Assembly (NCBI GenBank): GCA_026770705.1
Contig: JANJGN010000013.1
Location: 23,250,001-23,314,000 of the forward strand
DNA from: Isurus oxyrinchus
Taxonomy: Eukaryota
Length of the DNA stretch: 64,000 nucleotides
Direction of reading: 5' to 3'
Shown: piece after piece, positions 63,730-64,000 of the stretch
Position numbering within the stretch: the first letter of the stretch is position 1
Layout of the letters: each line of letters starts with the position of its first letter
Made by a program: the position numbers and the translations under genes
The notes under the pieces: generated by a model
What the model was told of the DNA's origin: nothing
Seen by the model: only the letters and a program-made list of their open reading frames with translations
Database searches by the model: none

Positions 63730-64000
63730 CACTGGACAGTGCTTTGATTTAATTTCAGTGACTGTTGAAAATCCACTTTCACACATTATGATATCAAAAC
63801 CTTGACAGTCCATTTGGAACTCTGCTTGCATTTGGACCCAAAACTCAGCCAACTGCTTTTGCTGGAACTCGATCTTGAGCCTGGCGTGAGCTGAGATGTC
63901 CAGGAGTTTCTCTTGTTTTTTTTTATTGACATATCTTTGGCATGAGTACTGCAGAAAAAATTGTGAAAGGTTATTGAACCCAGCTGTTTGTTTTTTGCTG
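63730..64000 (-). pseudogene. hAT (Charlie/Buster-type) transposase C-terminal remnant
   Basis: Minus strand reads QEKLLDISAHARLKIEFQQKQLAEFWVQMQAEF...CESGFSTVTEIKSKH, matching the hAT dimerisation-domain pattern (FW...CESGFS...IK.K). Confidence 0.65.

Noticed and set aside
49227-64000. P2RX2 exon 10 onward (AGKFxxIPT, TM2)
   Set aside because: No matching acceptor or peptide found by eye; presumed to lie downstream of the window.

Overview
Eukaryotic, vertebrate-type genomic DNA. The repeat landscape (CR1, L2, Deu-domain SINEs, Penelope termini, Harbinger) suggests a shark or other cartilaginous fish; this is an inference. The only host gene I can support is a P2X purinoceptor on the + strand, best matching P2RX2. 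Nine coding exons (ATG 3338 to exon 9 end 49226; 981 nt, 327 codons) splice in frame with GT-AG ends. They retain the ATP-binding motifs and all 10 ectodomain cysteines. The TM2/C-terminal exons were not found and probably lie beyond the window. The introns are filled with transposable elements: many CR1/L2 fragments, a two-gene Harbinger with TIRs and TSD (29927-35271), two partial Harbingers and several MITEs, two LTR retrotransposons lacking recognisable RT, a tRNA-headed LINE without ORF1, and at least five short Penelope-type insertions with 13-15 bp TSDs, most carrying hammerhead-ribozyme motifs and fold-back ends. Nothing here demonstrates a new biological system. The best leads are the hammerhead/fold-back mini-elements, the tRNA-headed LINE, the pol-less LTR elements and an old LINE fragment carried inside a Harbinger. 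Degenerate repeat boundaries are approximate.
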